Assembly: GCA_002269645.1 (NCBI GenBank)
Contig: NIVC01000987.1
Location: 1-28,417, forward strand
DNA: 28,417 bases
From: Macrostomum lignano
Taxonomy: Eukaryota
Direction: 5' to 3'
Positions within the stretch are counted from its first letter, which is position 1. Each line of letters opens with the position of its first letter. The translations under genes were made by a program, and so were the position numbers. Below, one piece after another: positions 13,301-22,182 of the stretch. The notes beneath the pieces are model-generated. The model did no database searches and was not told the DNA's origin. It saw only the letters and a program-made list of their open reading frames with translations.

Positions 13301-16300
13301 TTTCAAAGGACGCGAAGGCATGGGGCCCACGGGCCGGAGTTTGCCAACCCCTGGGCCTGGTACAGTCAACTATAGCACACAGCTGTGCACGCACTTCAAA
13401 TGCGCTATGAAAAAAAGAAACAACAAACCCTCTAAGATGCACAACTGTACCGAAGCAACATGAGTGCAGGTGCACTAGATTCGGTCTGCGCAGCGGAGCG
13501 TCCTATAAATACATACTAATTCACCGATAAGAGCAATAACTGTTTATGCACTGGCGTTGTGTTGATATTGACTCAAACTCTACTGTATTCAACTTTCAGG
13601 AACAGTAAGTTTAACCTGTCTAAAACCGAAAAAAATTACAAATTTGAAGCCAAAATTTTGAACATTAAAGAAATGTCAGTTTCACACATACTAAATCGAG
13701 AATCCCATGATCCCAAAAATTCCCAAATCAAGAATTCTAAGATTCCAATTAAAAATCCGAATTCTAAAATCCCATGATCCCAAAAATTCCGAAATCAAGA
13801 ATTCTAAGATTCCAATTAAAAATCCGAGTTCTAAAATCCCATGATCCCAAAAAATCTGAAATCAAGAATCCTAAGATTCGAATTAAAAAACCGAATTCTA
13901 AAATCCCATGATCCAAAAAAAAATTCCCAACTCAAGAATACAATGATTCAAAATCGAGAATCCCACGATCCCAAATCGAGAATCCCACGATCTCAAATCG
14001 AGAATCCCACGATCTCAAATCGAGAATCCCATGATCCCAAATCGAGAATCCCATTATCCCGAATCGAGAATCCAATTATCCCGAATCAAGGATCCCATGA
14101 TCCCAAATCAAGAATCCCATTATCCCGAATCGAGAATCCCATGATTCTAAATCAGGAATCCCATTATCCCGAATCGAGAATCCCATGATTCTAAATCAGG
14201 AATCCCATTATCCCGAATCGAGAATCCCATGATTCTAAATCGAGAATCCCATTATCCCGAATCGAGAATCCCATTATCCCAAATCGAGAATCCCATTATC
14301 CCGAATCGAGAATCCAATTATCCCGAATCGAGAATCCCATGATTCTAAATCAGGAATCCCATTATCCCGAATCGAGAATCCCATGATTCTAAATCAGGAA
14401 TCCCATTATCCCGAATCGAGAATCCCATGATTCTAAATCAGGAATCCCATTATCCCGAATCGAGAATCCCATGATTCTAAATCGAGAATCCCATTATCCC
14501 GAATCGAGAATCCCATTATCCCGAATCGAGAATCCCATGATCCCAAATCAAGAATCCCATGATCCCAAATCGAGAATCCCATTATCCTAAATCGAGAATC
14601 CCATTATCCCAAACGAGAAACCTATGATCCCAAATCGAGAATCCCATTATCCCAAACGAGAAACCCATGATCCCAAATCGAGAATCCCATGATCCCAAAT
14701 CGAGAATCCCATTATCCCAAACGAGAAACCTATGATCCCAAATCAAGAATCCTTATCCCGACTCGAGAATCCCATGATCCTAATGAACAATGCCCCCGAT
14801 TCAAGTATGCAGTGATCCCCATAAAAGCTGCATCGAATTTCAAACAAATATTTCATGGTTAAAATTCAACTTAAAGCAGGGAAATTTCGCAAAGAGCAAG
14901 ACTTCACTGTATTTTCAGGTCACCCTAATTAACAAAACATAGGGTACAGGTTCGGCGAGGTCAAAAAAGGCAGGTGAAAATTTGAGTGGGACACATGGAA
15001 TGTCAACAAGTTTGGGAAGAAAGCTTGTCAGCGGCGCCTGTTACAAGCCGTATTATTTTCCTAATTTGATTGATTGACAGACAGTTAAAGAAGTCGAATT
15101 TTGTTTCAAAAAACACAACTGAAATCATAAACTAACCATGCACATCGCGCTTATCTCCCTGCAAGATCGGGGTCTGATAAACAAGATAATATCTACAAAG
15201 CGCATCACTGAATTATAGATTGACACTAGAAAATTGACACAACAAAGGAATGCAACGTTTTGGCTTTCTGTTGTTGTTGCTGTTGTAAAATAAACAAAAC
15301 TCAGTCTTTGGTGTATGAATACAGGAGGGCCAAGATTACATAATTAGATAAAATACTTCAAATGCTAAATGGCCACTTCCCAAACTAGGAAAAAAGCTGT
15401 CCATGAACTAGTAAATGGCCACTTCCCAAACTAATAAATGGCACTCCCCAAACTAATAAATGGCACTCCCCAAACTGGAAAATGGCACTCCCTAAACTGG
15501 AAAATGGCACTCCCCAAACTAGAAAATGGCACTCCCTAAACTGGAAAATGGCACTCCCCAAACTGGAAAATGGCACTCCCCAAACTGGAAAATGGCACTC
15601 CCCAAACTAGAAAATGGCACTCCCTAAACTGGAAAATGGCACTCCCCAAACTGGAAAATGGCACTCCCTTAAACTGGAAAATGGCACTCCCTTAAACTGG
15701 AAAATGGCACTGCCTAAACTGGAAAATGGCACTCCCCAAACTAATAAATGGCACTCCACAAGCTGAAAATGGCACTCTCCAAACTGGAAAATGGCACTCC
15801 CCAAACTAATAAATGGCACTCCCCAAACGGGAAAATGGCACTTCCCAAACTAATAAATGGAACTCCCCAAACTGGTAAATGGCACCCCCAAAACTAGAAA
15901 ATGACACTCCCCAAACTAATAAATGGCACTCCCCAAACTAGAAAATGGCACTCCCCAAACTAGAAAATGGCACTCCCCAAACTAAATAAAGGCACTCTCC
16001 AAACGGGAAAATGGCACTTCCCAAACTAATAAATGGCACTCCCCAAACTAATAAATGGCACTCCCCAAACTAATAAATGGCACTCCACAAGCTGAAAATG
16101 GCACTCTCCAAACTGGAAAATGGCACTCCCCAAACTGGAAAATGGCACTCCCCAAACTGGAAAATGGCACTCCCCAAACTGGAAAATGGCACTCCCCAAA
16201 CTGGAAAATGGCACTCCCTAAACTGGAAAATGGCACTCCCCAAACTGAAAATGGCCCTATCCAAGTAAAACATAGCACTCGAGATGACTTAGACCGTAGA

Positions 16301-19300
16301 TTATGCCCTGCCACTCTTATTAGACAAGGTAATTAGTTTATACTATAAAAAAACTTATTAATAAATGGAAGACAAAAAACTCACAAGCTGACAACAAAGA
16401 TTCGCTATAATTATCTCCATTAGAAGTCGAATGTTCGAATACATCATCCGCATCGTCAGCTTCCGAATCTGATGATTCCAAGCCAAATATGACTTGTTGA
16501 TGCTGCTGTTGTTGATGCTGAGACGGCATTGCGAATGAAACACGGCCTGTTTTTAACCTATCCACCTGCCCAGTCAGTCCCGCATGCGAGACACAACATT
16601 TATATATATACACATGCGGAAAGGAAGAAGAGAGCGAAAAGAGTGGATAGAAAAGAAAATTTCTTAAATTGGCACAATGTCCAATAAATGTTCATTTTGA
16701 GACAGAAATAAAAGTAAAGGGTGGCGCCACTGGCCACGAGTGGTCAAGAGAGACCTGCTGCCTACCAAGAGAGAGAGAAAGGGGGGAGAGATTAAAAATA
16801 GAAAATTAGCTTTATTATATAAAGAATTTATACTTGATATTAATAATAAATTTTCATACTTATTCCATCAATTTTTCATAATTTTATTAAGATTACTGAA
16901 ATTTAAAAACTTGCTAAACAAAGGTTCGTTAACAACAGGTTGGGGGTTAGGGCTGGGGGTGTATAGTATAACCTTCAACGCTTGTCCACAAATTTCAAAT
17001 ATAGTTATGGCTTTCGCTAATAACCCTGGTCCCTGGATCCATCCAGGGGCAAAGCGGCCGCACGCGGTGCCCGGGTGCGCGGTGAATCCAAATCTATCTT
17101 GATAAACTTAACCTGCGATGACGTTAAACTGGACCCTGTTAAAAATAGAACAACCAGTTTTGACTACTACTAACTATATGTACGATTATGCGTAGTGCTT
17201 GCCTGTTTAGCGTTTTTGGTGTTGGCGAGGCCTTGACGAAATGTTTTAATTAATCATTTACTACAGCTTTCGACACCCCATTAGATTCCGAGATCTGACA
17301 CCCCCATTAGATTCCGAGACCTGACAGCCCCATTAGATTCCGAGATCTGACACCCCCATTAGATTCCGAGATCTGACACCTCATTAGATTCCGAGATCTG
17401 ACACCTCATTAGATTCCGAGATCTGACACCCCCATTAGATTCCGAGATCTGACACCCCCATTAGATTCCAAGATCTGACACCCCATTAGATTCCATTAGA
17501 TTCCGACATTATAGATTCCAAGATCTGACACCCCCATTAGATTCCGAGATCTGACAGCCCCATTAGATTCCGAGATCTGACACCCCCATTAGATTCCAAG
17601 ATCTGACAGCCCCATTAGATTCCGAGATCTGACACCCCCATTAGATTCCAAGATCTGACACCCCATTAGATTCCATTAGATTCCGACATTATAGATTCCA
17701 AGATCTGACACCCCCATTAGATTCCGAGATCTGACAGCCCCATTAGATTCCGAGATCTGACACCCCCATTAGATTCCAAGATCTGACACCCCATTAGATT
17801 CCATTAGATTCCGACATTATAGATTCCGAGACCTGACACCCCCATTAGATTCCGAGACCTGACACCCCCATTAGATTCCGAGATCTGATACCCCCATTAG
17901 ATTCCAAGATCTGACACCCCATTAGATTCCATTAGATTCCGACATTATAGATTCCGAGACCTGACACCCCCATTAGATTCCGAGATCTGACACCCCCATT
18001 AGATTCCGAGACCTGACACCCCCATTAGATTCCGAGAAACTACGCAAAAAGATTATAAGAACCCATTCTAACATGGATTCTAAACATGACCCCTGCAGCG
18101 GATAACAACATTGTCCTTAAAAAACTGACCTGTGCCTTGCCTTGTTAGGTTAAAAATTTACATGTGTAAAATGAAAATTACAAAACATCGGGTGAAGAGA
18201 GCGCGGCCTTAATTGCCTAAATGATGACATAATGAAGTGTAATGATTAATCTGTCAGTAGCAAAGGGCGTAGCCAGAGGGGGTGGAGGAAGGGGGCAAAA
18301 TGTCCCCACTTTAACATTAAGTAAAAAAATCAATTATGGATAGTGGATACGCTGTCTGGAATCATGATGGGAGACGGTGCATCCTTAGTGGTTCTTTCAT
18401 TCACACTACTGAATCATCTTATTTTCAACAGAGGCCCATCCATAAAAGTGCGTCAGCTCAGAAGGGGCTCATTTACATTACAAACCACCCCATTAAAACC
18501 TGTACACAGACTTGTACACATTTTAATGACCGAAAAGAAACTAAATTTGTTTTGACAATAATAATAAATAATAATACTACAATGAACGACAGGACAGACA
18601 AACAAGGACAAGATGACAAATAGGCGGCGATCGCGATCACAAATTTTGGGAACGCAGAGGCAATTAAATTGTCACGTGACCTAATAGGGTCTGGGCTAGA
18701 GGGGGGATGGGGCGGGGTGGCAAAATAGAATAGACACGATAGCCACCCCACTCCGGCCTCAATCCCCGCCCGAGTCGGGGCCGGCAATTTTCACACCAAA
18801 ACAGACAGCTCTAATGTACGGCGTGTGAATTTGTTAGATCTTTTATGGGGGCGGTGGGCGGCGGCGGGCGGCTATTTCTTTGAACAAAAATCAAAGAACA
18901 GAATAAAGTCTTAACCACGCCGTCCGCCGTAACTATTATTAAAGGGATCATCATTTACTTAAGATAAAAAGGCAAAAACATTTAAACATATTAGTTAGGA
19001 CTTAGGACTTGGATGTAAGGAGTAACTTAGTCAGGGTCAGAGGAGAGGCGATAAACAACACTCAACTGGTGCAGATGAACTAAAACTCCGTAAGCAAGCA
19101 AGCAATTATATATTTCGAAATCGAAAATAATCAACAATGAAAAGCAGCTCTAATAGCCATAATCTAAGAGCCGTTTTTAGATTAGACGCATGTCTAGACC
19201 ACAAAAAAGAATGACTATAATTAGAACCTGGCAAACCGGTCGGACAGACAGACAGACAGAGTAAACTGAGTGACAGAGCTGGCAATATGACTATTATACG

Positions 19301-21743
19301 GGTGTAGTGTATTCGTCACTTGTTTGTTTTTTGTCTTTCTTGTCAGATACTCGTAATAGGGCGTTAAGGCGTTGCCCCTGTGCCCCTGGCGCGTCCAACC
19401 CTCACACACACGCAGATTGCAAGAGCCTTATTATTTAGTTTATTAGTCTACCGAATCACGTGATAAAATCTATTTATAGTAAGTATGTCCCAACTAGGCT
19501 AGGGTCACCTTACAGGGCAACAAGTCTAGACAACTATAAATGACGCCGCTTATCTTACTTATTAGATACAAATATACATAATCATTCACAGGTTAGGCTA
19601 GCTCATTAGAGAACAAAAAAGCTCAATAACATTTAACTTGCACCCCCCAAAAAATAAGGTGCCGCAGTGTCCTCGAATTAAGGTGATATCTTAATTTCAA
19701 TTAACACTTTTTTGTAGGTGTAGAGGCAAGGCATTCTTATAGATTAAACCCGATATAAAATTTGTTATCAATTATTAACATGCATAAATTGTACCTGCCT
19801 ATACGTAATTTTGGGGCCTTGGGCTACACTTAATTAACAGTTTAGTTGTACTAATGCGTTGGTTAAAAAATTTAAAATAATTCGCTAATATAGTTAAGCC
19901 AGGTGCGTATGCACTGCTGTCAACACTACATTTTTATATGAAGGCTAACATTATCTATCACAGGTAAATGTCAAAATTATTAATCTACTGGAGACTGTGG
20001 AGAGTGCCAATGCCAAAATGGCACGGGGAGTGCCAGAATGAGACTGGGGGTGGAGTGCCAGAATGAGACTGGGTGGAGTGCCAGAATGAGACTGGGGGTG
20101 GAGTGCCAGAATGAGACTGGGGGTGGAGTGCCAGAATGAGACTGGGGGTGGAGTGCCAGAATGAGACTGGGTGGAGTGCCAGAATGAGACTAAGAGAGTG
20201 CCAGAATGATACTAGGGCCTAGGGGTGAGTACCAGAAGGTTCATAAACTCAGGGAGTGTCAGAATGAGACTTATAGTAGAGTCTATACTCTATAGAGTAT
20301 CAGGCCAGAATGCAAGAACCAGAATGGCACTATCTGTTCCAGAGTAATTATAATAATAAGTGCAGTATGAACTTTATTCAAACAAAAAGTACAATAAACA
20401 GAAGCTTTAAATGTAGCTTTAGATTTTTATGCCCCCGTTTTAGAATTTAGACTAATGCCAGATTGAAACACGAAATCGTAATTTTTCTGCATTCAAATTC
20501 TAAGAAGCCAAAAATGAAACCATCAATTAAAAAGTACCAAATGTACTTTATAAAATTCGTTTGTTAAAAGAAAAAAACGCACTCAGTGACCTTGCTGTCT
20601 TCCTTCCTTATCATACACATGAGCTGACCTAATTCTTGACCAAGACCAACCCCTCTCATTTCCACACTACAGGCCATAGAGATGTTTAAATGACACTCAA
20701 TTAAAAGTGCAAGCAAACAAATTTAATTAGGAAATATCGATAGAAAGAAGGAAGAAACCCCCGTGTCACGCGGTTGAACCGCTTTAACGTCATGTCATGT
20801 CACGTGATCAACATGTGAGTTGTGAGCATTCCTAGAATAGAGCCATAAAATGTTCCCCCGCCCCTAGTCAGCTCTTTCTCCTGTGCTCATGCTCATGTAC
20901 TTTTAGAATAGAAAATAATTAACCCAGAAACCTTAATAACTCACCACCCGAACGGGAGGCAGCAACGTAAGCAACTTCTCGATCTGCAGCAGAATTAGGG
21001 CCGCCTCCTAGAAGGCTTTGCTGGGCCTCGAGGTCTGCTGCTTCATCTGCTGCTGCTGCCTCTTCTGGCTCTGGCAGATCGGCCATGGGTACAGACGGCG
21101 GTCGATATGGATAATAATATTGATGATGATGATTCTGATAGTGCAGATGGTAGCCTGAGGCGAGATGAGGCGATAGCTGTCTCATTGTTGGAGCAGACGA
21201 TGACAGCATGACAGGCTGGGGACTAACAGGTCTAAAAGTGCCAGGCGGTGGCTGCTGCTGCTGCTGCTGTTGATGATGAAGCGGCGGTGGGCTAGGCAAT
21301 TGTAGTCGCAAATCTTCCATGCTCATTTGAAATTGCTCCTGCTGCTGTTGATCAGATGTTGATGTCCCAGCGGCTGCTGCTGCTAAGGCGGTGTTCATCA
21401 TCAGCGGTGAGTCAGTCTGATACCCGCTATCCATGCCGCCGCCGCCTCCGGCGCCGTGTCGACGACGCCTGGCATTATTATAATTGTAGCTATCCGGATT
21501 TGATACTGGCGTGCTCCATTCTAGCGGCGGACCCCGAGGACTAGTAGTGGCCTGGGTTGAGCCGCCGGCGCTGCCGCCACGACTGCCAATGCCAGCGTCA
21601 ACTGCGGCTGCTATTGGTAAACTGCCAGCGCTAGGACTGCCTCCGCTGCCGCTGGCACCGTCGCCAAGTTCAAATGTAACCTCGGAGTCCACATTTACCA
21701 GCATGTTGTTGTTTTCGTTGACGTTATTGTTATGATGCTCCAT
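1075..21743 (-). CDS. BAD: Spliced gene model: BH3-only pro-apoptotic Bcl-2 family protein, BAD-like; join(21743..20945, 6389..6154, 1377..1075), 445 aa
   Basis: The three GC-rich open exons join in frame through canonical GT-AG sites (799+236+303 = 1338 nt = 445 aa plus stop; phase 1 then phase 0). Motif order is RVRSQSVP, BH3 (VAMRLRHIGDEI), RLRGYS, RRQSWLGRAL, with no transmembrane tail, which parallels vertebrate BAD. The BH3-only call is well supported; BAD orthology (and the symbol) is inferred from motif order only. Confidence 0.65.
1389..1500. repeat. (GAGAGT)n hexamer repeat forming the polypyrimidine tract of the last intron
   Basis: It reads (CACTCT)n on the transcribed strand, immediately upstream of the acceptor at 1378. 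Confidence 0.85.
2915..3060 (+). mobile_element. 5'-truncated tRNA-derived CORE-SINE (MIR-like core)
   Basis: Pol III B-box GGTTCGATTC at 2923-2932 is followed by GTGTCCTTGAGCAAGACGCTTAAC...CTTCAGTTCACCCAGCTGTAAAATGGG. This aligns by eye with the MIR/CORE domain (GTGACCTTGGGCAAGTTACTTAAC...CTCAGTTTCCTCATCTGTAAAATGGG, recalled consensus). Confidence 0.75.
3690..3889. repeat. 38-39 bp minisatellite of imperfect palindromic units (5 full copies plus a partial)
   Basis: AATCTCAC starts at 3691, 3730, 3768, 3807, 3845 and 3883; each unit contains TCTCAC...GTGAG(A/T). Confidence 0.9.
4290..6085. repeat. 22-bp satellite (TGGACCTCAGGCTAACCT[A/T]AAA), about 80 copies
   Basis: Period 22 (TGGACCTC at 4461 and 4483), highly homogeneous centre with degenerate flanks; it ends about 70 bp from the exon 2 donor. 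Confidence 0.97.
6154..6389 (-). CDS. BH3-containing middle coding exon (ARSLLNQREP...IRVRSQSVP...VAMRLRHIGDEIDSSR...SEVLV)
   Basis: Acceptor ttctgctCAG|CT at 6390/6389 (phase 1) and donor GTG|GTAAGT at 6154/6153 (phase 0). LRHIGDEID at 6222..6196 fits the BH3 consensus h1-xxx-L-xx-h3-G-D-x-h4. Confidence 0.88.
6533..8385. repeat. Composite minisatellite: 23-bp monomer grading into a 48-bp dimer (2x24), rich in TTCN3GAA
   Basis: The 23-bp period is seen at 6541/6564. The 48-bp unit ATTTCTAAGAATCTATTTGGATCATTTTCTTAGAATACGATTTGGGTT runs about 7180-8270. Confidence 0.96.
9213..12165. repeat. 20-bp satellite (CATCTAGTGACTCTGCAATC and variants), about 148 copies with higher-order structure
   Basis: Register is unchanged from 9301 to about 11860; five recurring sequence variants are visible. 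Confidence 0.98.
12695..13265. repeat. Purine-only low-complexity tract (GA/GGA/GAA rich)
   Basis: About 570 bp almost exclusively A/G, with sparse T and C. Confidence 0.9.
13277..13353 (-). mobile_element. Terminus of a non-autonomous hAT (Charlie-like) DNA transposon
   Basis: The minus strand reads CAGGGGTTGGCAAACTCCGGCCCGTGGGCC from 13353, resembling hAT-Charlie ends (CAGGGGT..CAAACT followed by GGCCC motifs). The opposite end and 8-bp TSD were not convincingly found. Confidence 0.5.
13694..14782. repeat. Minisatellite: 67-bp trimeric unit grading into a 22-bp monomer (AATCGAGAATCCCATTATCCCG)
   Basis: AATCCCATGA occurs at 13701, 13768, 13835 and 13902 (period 67); the period is 22 from about 13950. 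Confidence 0.93.
15367..16257. repeat. 22-bp minisatellite (AAAATGGCACTCCCCAAACTGG), about 39 copies
   Basis: The period is directly visible; it explains several repetitive ORFs at 15385-16336. Confidence 0.96.
16385..16529 (-). CDS. Alternative coding exon of the BH3-only gene (MPSQHQQQQHQQVIFGLESSDSEADDADDVFEHSTSNGDNYSESLLSA)
   Basis: ATG at 16529 with a purine at -3, and a strong donor T|GTGAGT at 16385/16384 in phase 1, identical to the exon 1 donor phase and compatible with the 6389 acceptor. Composition (polyQ, acidic/Ser) resembles the other exons. It could instead start at a weak acceptor at 16546. Confidence 0.6.
16560..16625 (-). promoter_or_regulatory. Candidate TATA promoter for the alternative first exon
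   Basis: The minus strand has TATATATATAAA at 16610..16599 and an NRF1-like CGCATGCG at 16581-16588, about 70 nt upstream of the ATG at 16529. Confidence 0.35.
17272..18037. repeat. 26-bp minisatellite (CTGACACCCCCATTAGATTCCGAGAT) with a recurrent variant block
   Basis: Period 26 (17295 and 17321). The variant CCATTAGATTCCATTAGATTCCGACATTATAGATTCC recurs four times near 17481, 17661, 17789 and 17918. Confidence 0.95.
18660..18880. promoter_or_regulatory. Intronic CpG-rich GC-box/E-box cluster
   Basis: GTCACGTGAC at 18671-18680, GGGGCGGGG at 18709-18717, CCCCGCCC at 18764-18771 and GGGGCGGTGGGCGGCGGCGGGCGG near 18848. Confidence 0.4.
20027..20275. repeat. 23-25 bp minisatellite (GAGTGCCAGAATGAGACTGGGGGTG)
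   Basis: About 8 good copies and 2 degenerate copies. Confidence 0.9.
20945..21743 (-). CDS. First coding exon of the BH3-only gene (MEHHNNN...DSGYQTDSP...RPPSVP...ASRSG)
   Basis: Long GC-rich ORF with a strong Kozak context (aaaagATGg) and donor G|GTGAGT at 20945/20944 in phase 1 (799 nt). It encodes a Gly/Ala/Gln/Pro/His low-complexity, disordered-type sequence. Confidence 0.82.
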
Positions 21744-21979
21744 CTTTTATCTAATTCGAATAGTACGTAGTATCAAAGTGAATTGATGCTGCTAGGCGAG
21801 TAGTGTAATTTATTAGCACTCAGCGTCGATGAAAGCTAGACGATTGATGACGAAGAGATTTAGATTTTAAATATTTTTACATGCCGAGCCAACGGACTTG
21901 CTGAGCTTTGTTAAAATTAAAGTCCACACACTCGCTGTTATTTACACGCGCTGTAAAAGTTTCACAAAGCGGCCGGTTC

Positions 21980-22160
21980 TAAATGTGCGAGGGGTTGATT
22001 GTTCCGCTCTATAAATGGCCTCTGCCCTTCTCGCATGGGCTAAGAGGGGTGAGAGATTTGGAGCGTTCCTATTGGACGATATTTATGGGGTGGTTTGTTC
22101 GCCCGTTGGACTGGGGGAATGGGGTGGTGGGTTTTCGCTTTGCGGGGCGGGGTCCCTCGG
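21980..22160 (-). promoter_or_regulatory. Candidate proximal promoter of the BH3-only gene
   Basis: In transcription order: GC box 22152..22144, CCAAT 22075..22071 and a TATA-like element at 22016..22010 (the canonical TATAAAT reading is on the + strand), 270-410 bp upstream of the ATG. The region is CpG-rich. Confidence 0.5.
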
Positions 22161-22182
22161 TGTGTGTGTGTGTGTGTGTGTG
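22160..22182. repeat. (TG)11 microsatellite
   Basis: Directly visible, adjacent to the GC box. Confidence 0.95.

Noticed and set aside
13559-16336. Multiple short repetitive ORFs (for example RESHDPKSRIP, LGSAIFQFGECHF, ALPKLENGTP)
   Set aside because: They are satellite translations with frequent frame slips.
20919-20944. Reading exon 1 through to TAA at 20919 as a complete 274-aa single-exon gene ending GGELLRFLG
   Set aside because: A perfect GTGAGT donor at 20944 is phase-compatible with exon 2, and the read-through tail is not a full BH3 (no Asp). Intron retention cannot be excluded.
21356-21735. Plus-strand ORFs of 62 aa and 74 aa
   Set aside because: They are antisense to GC-rich exon 1 and have no independent gene signals.
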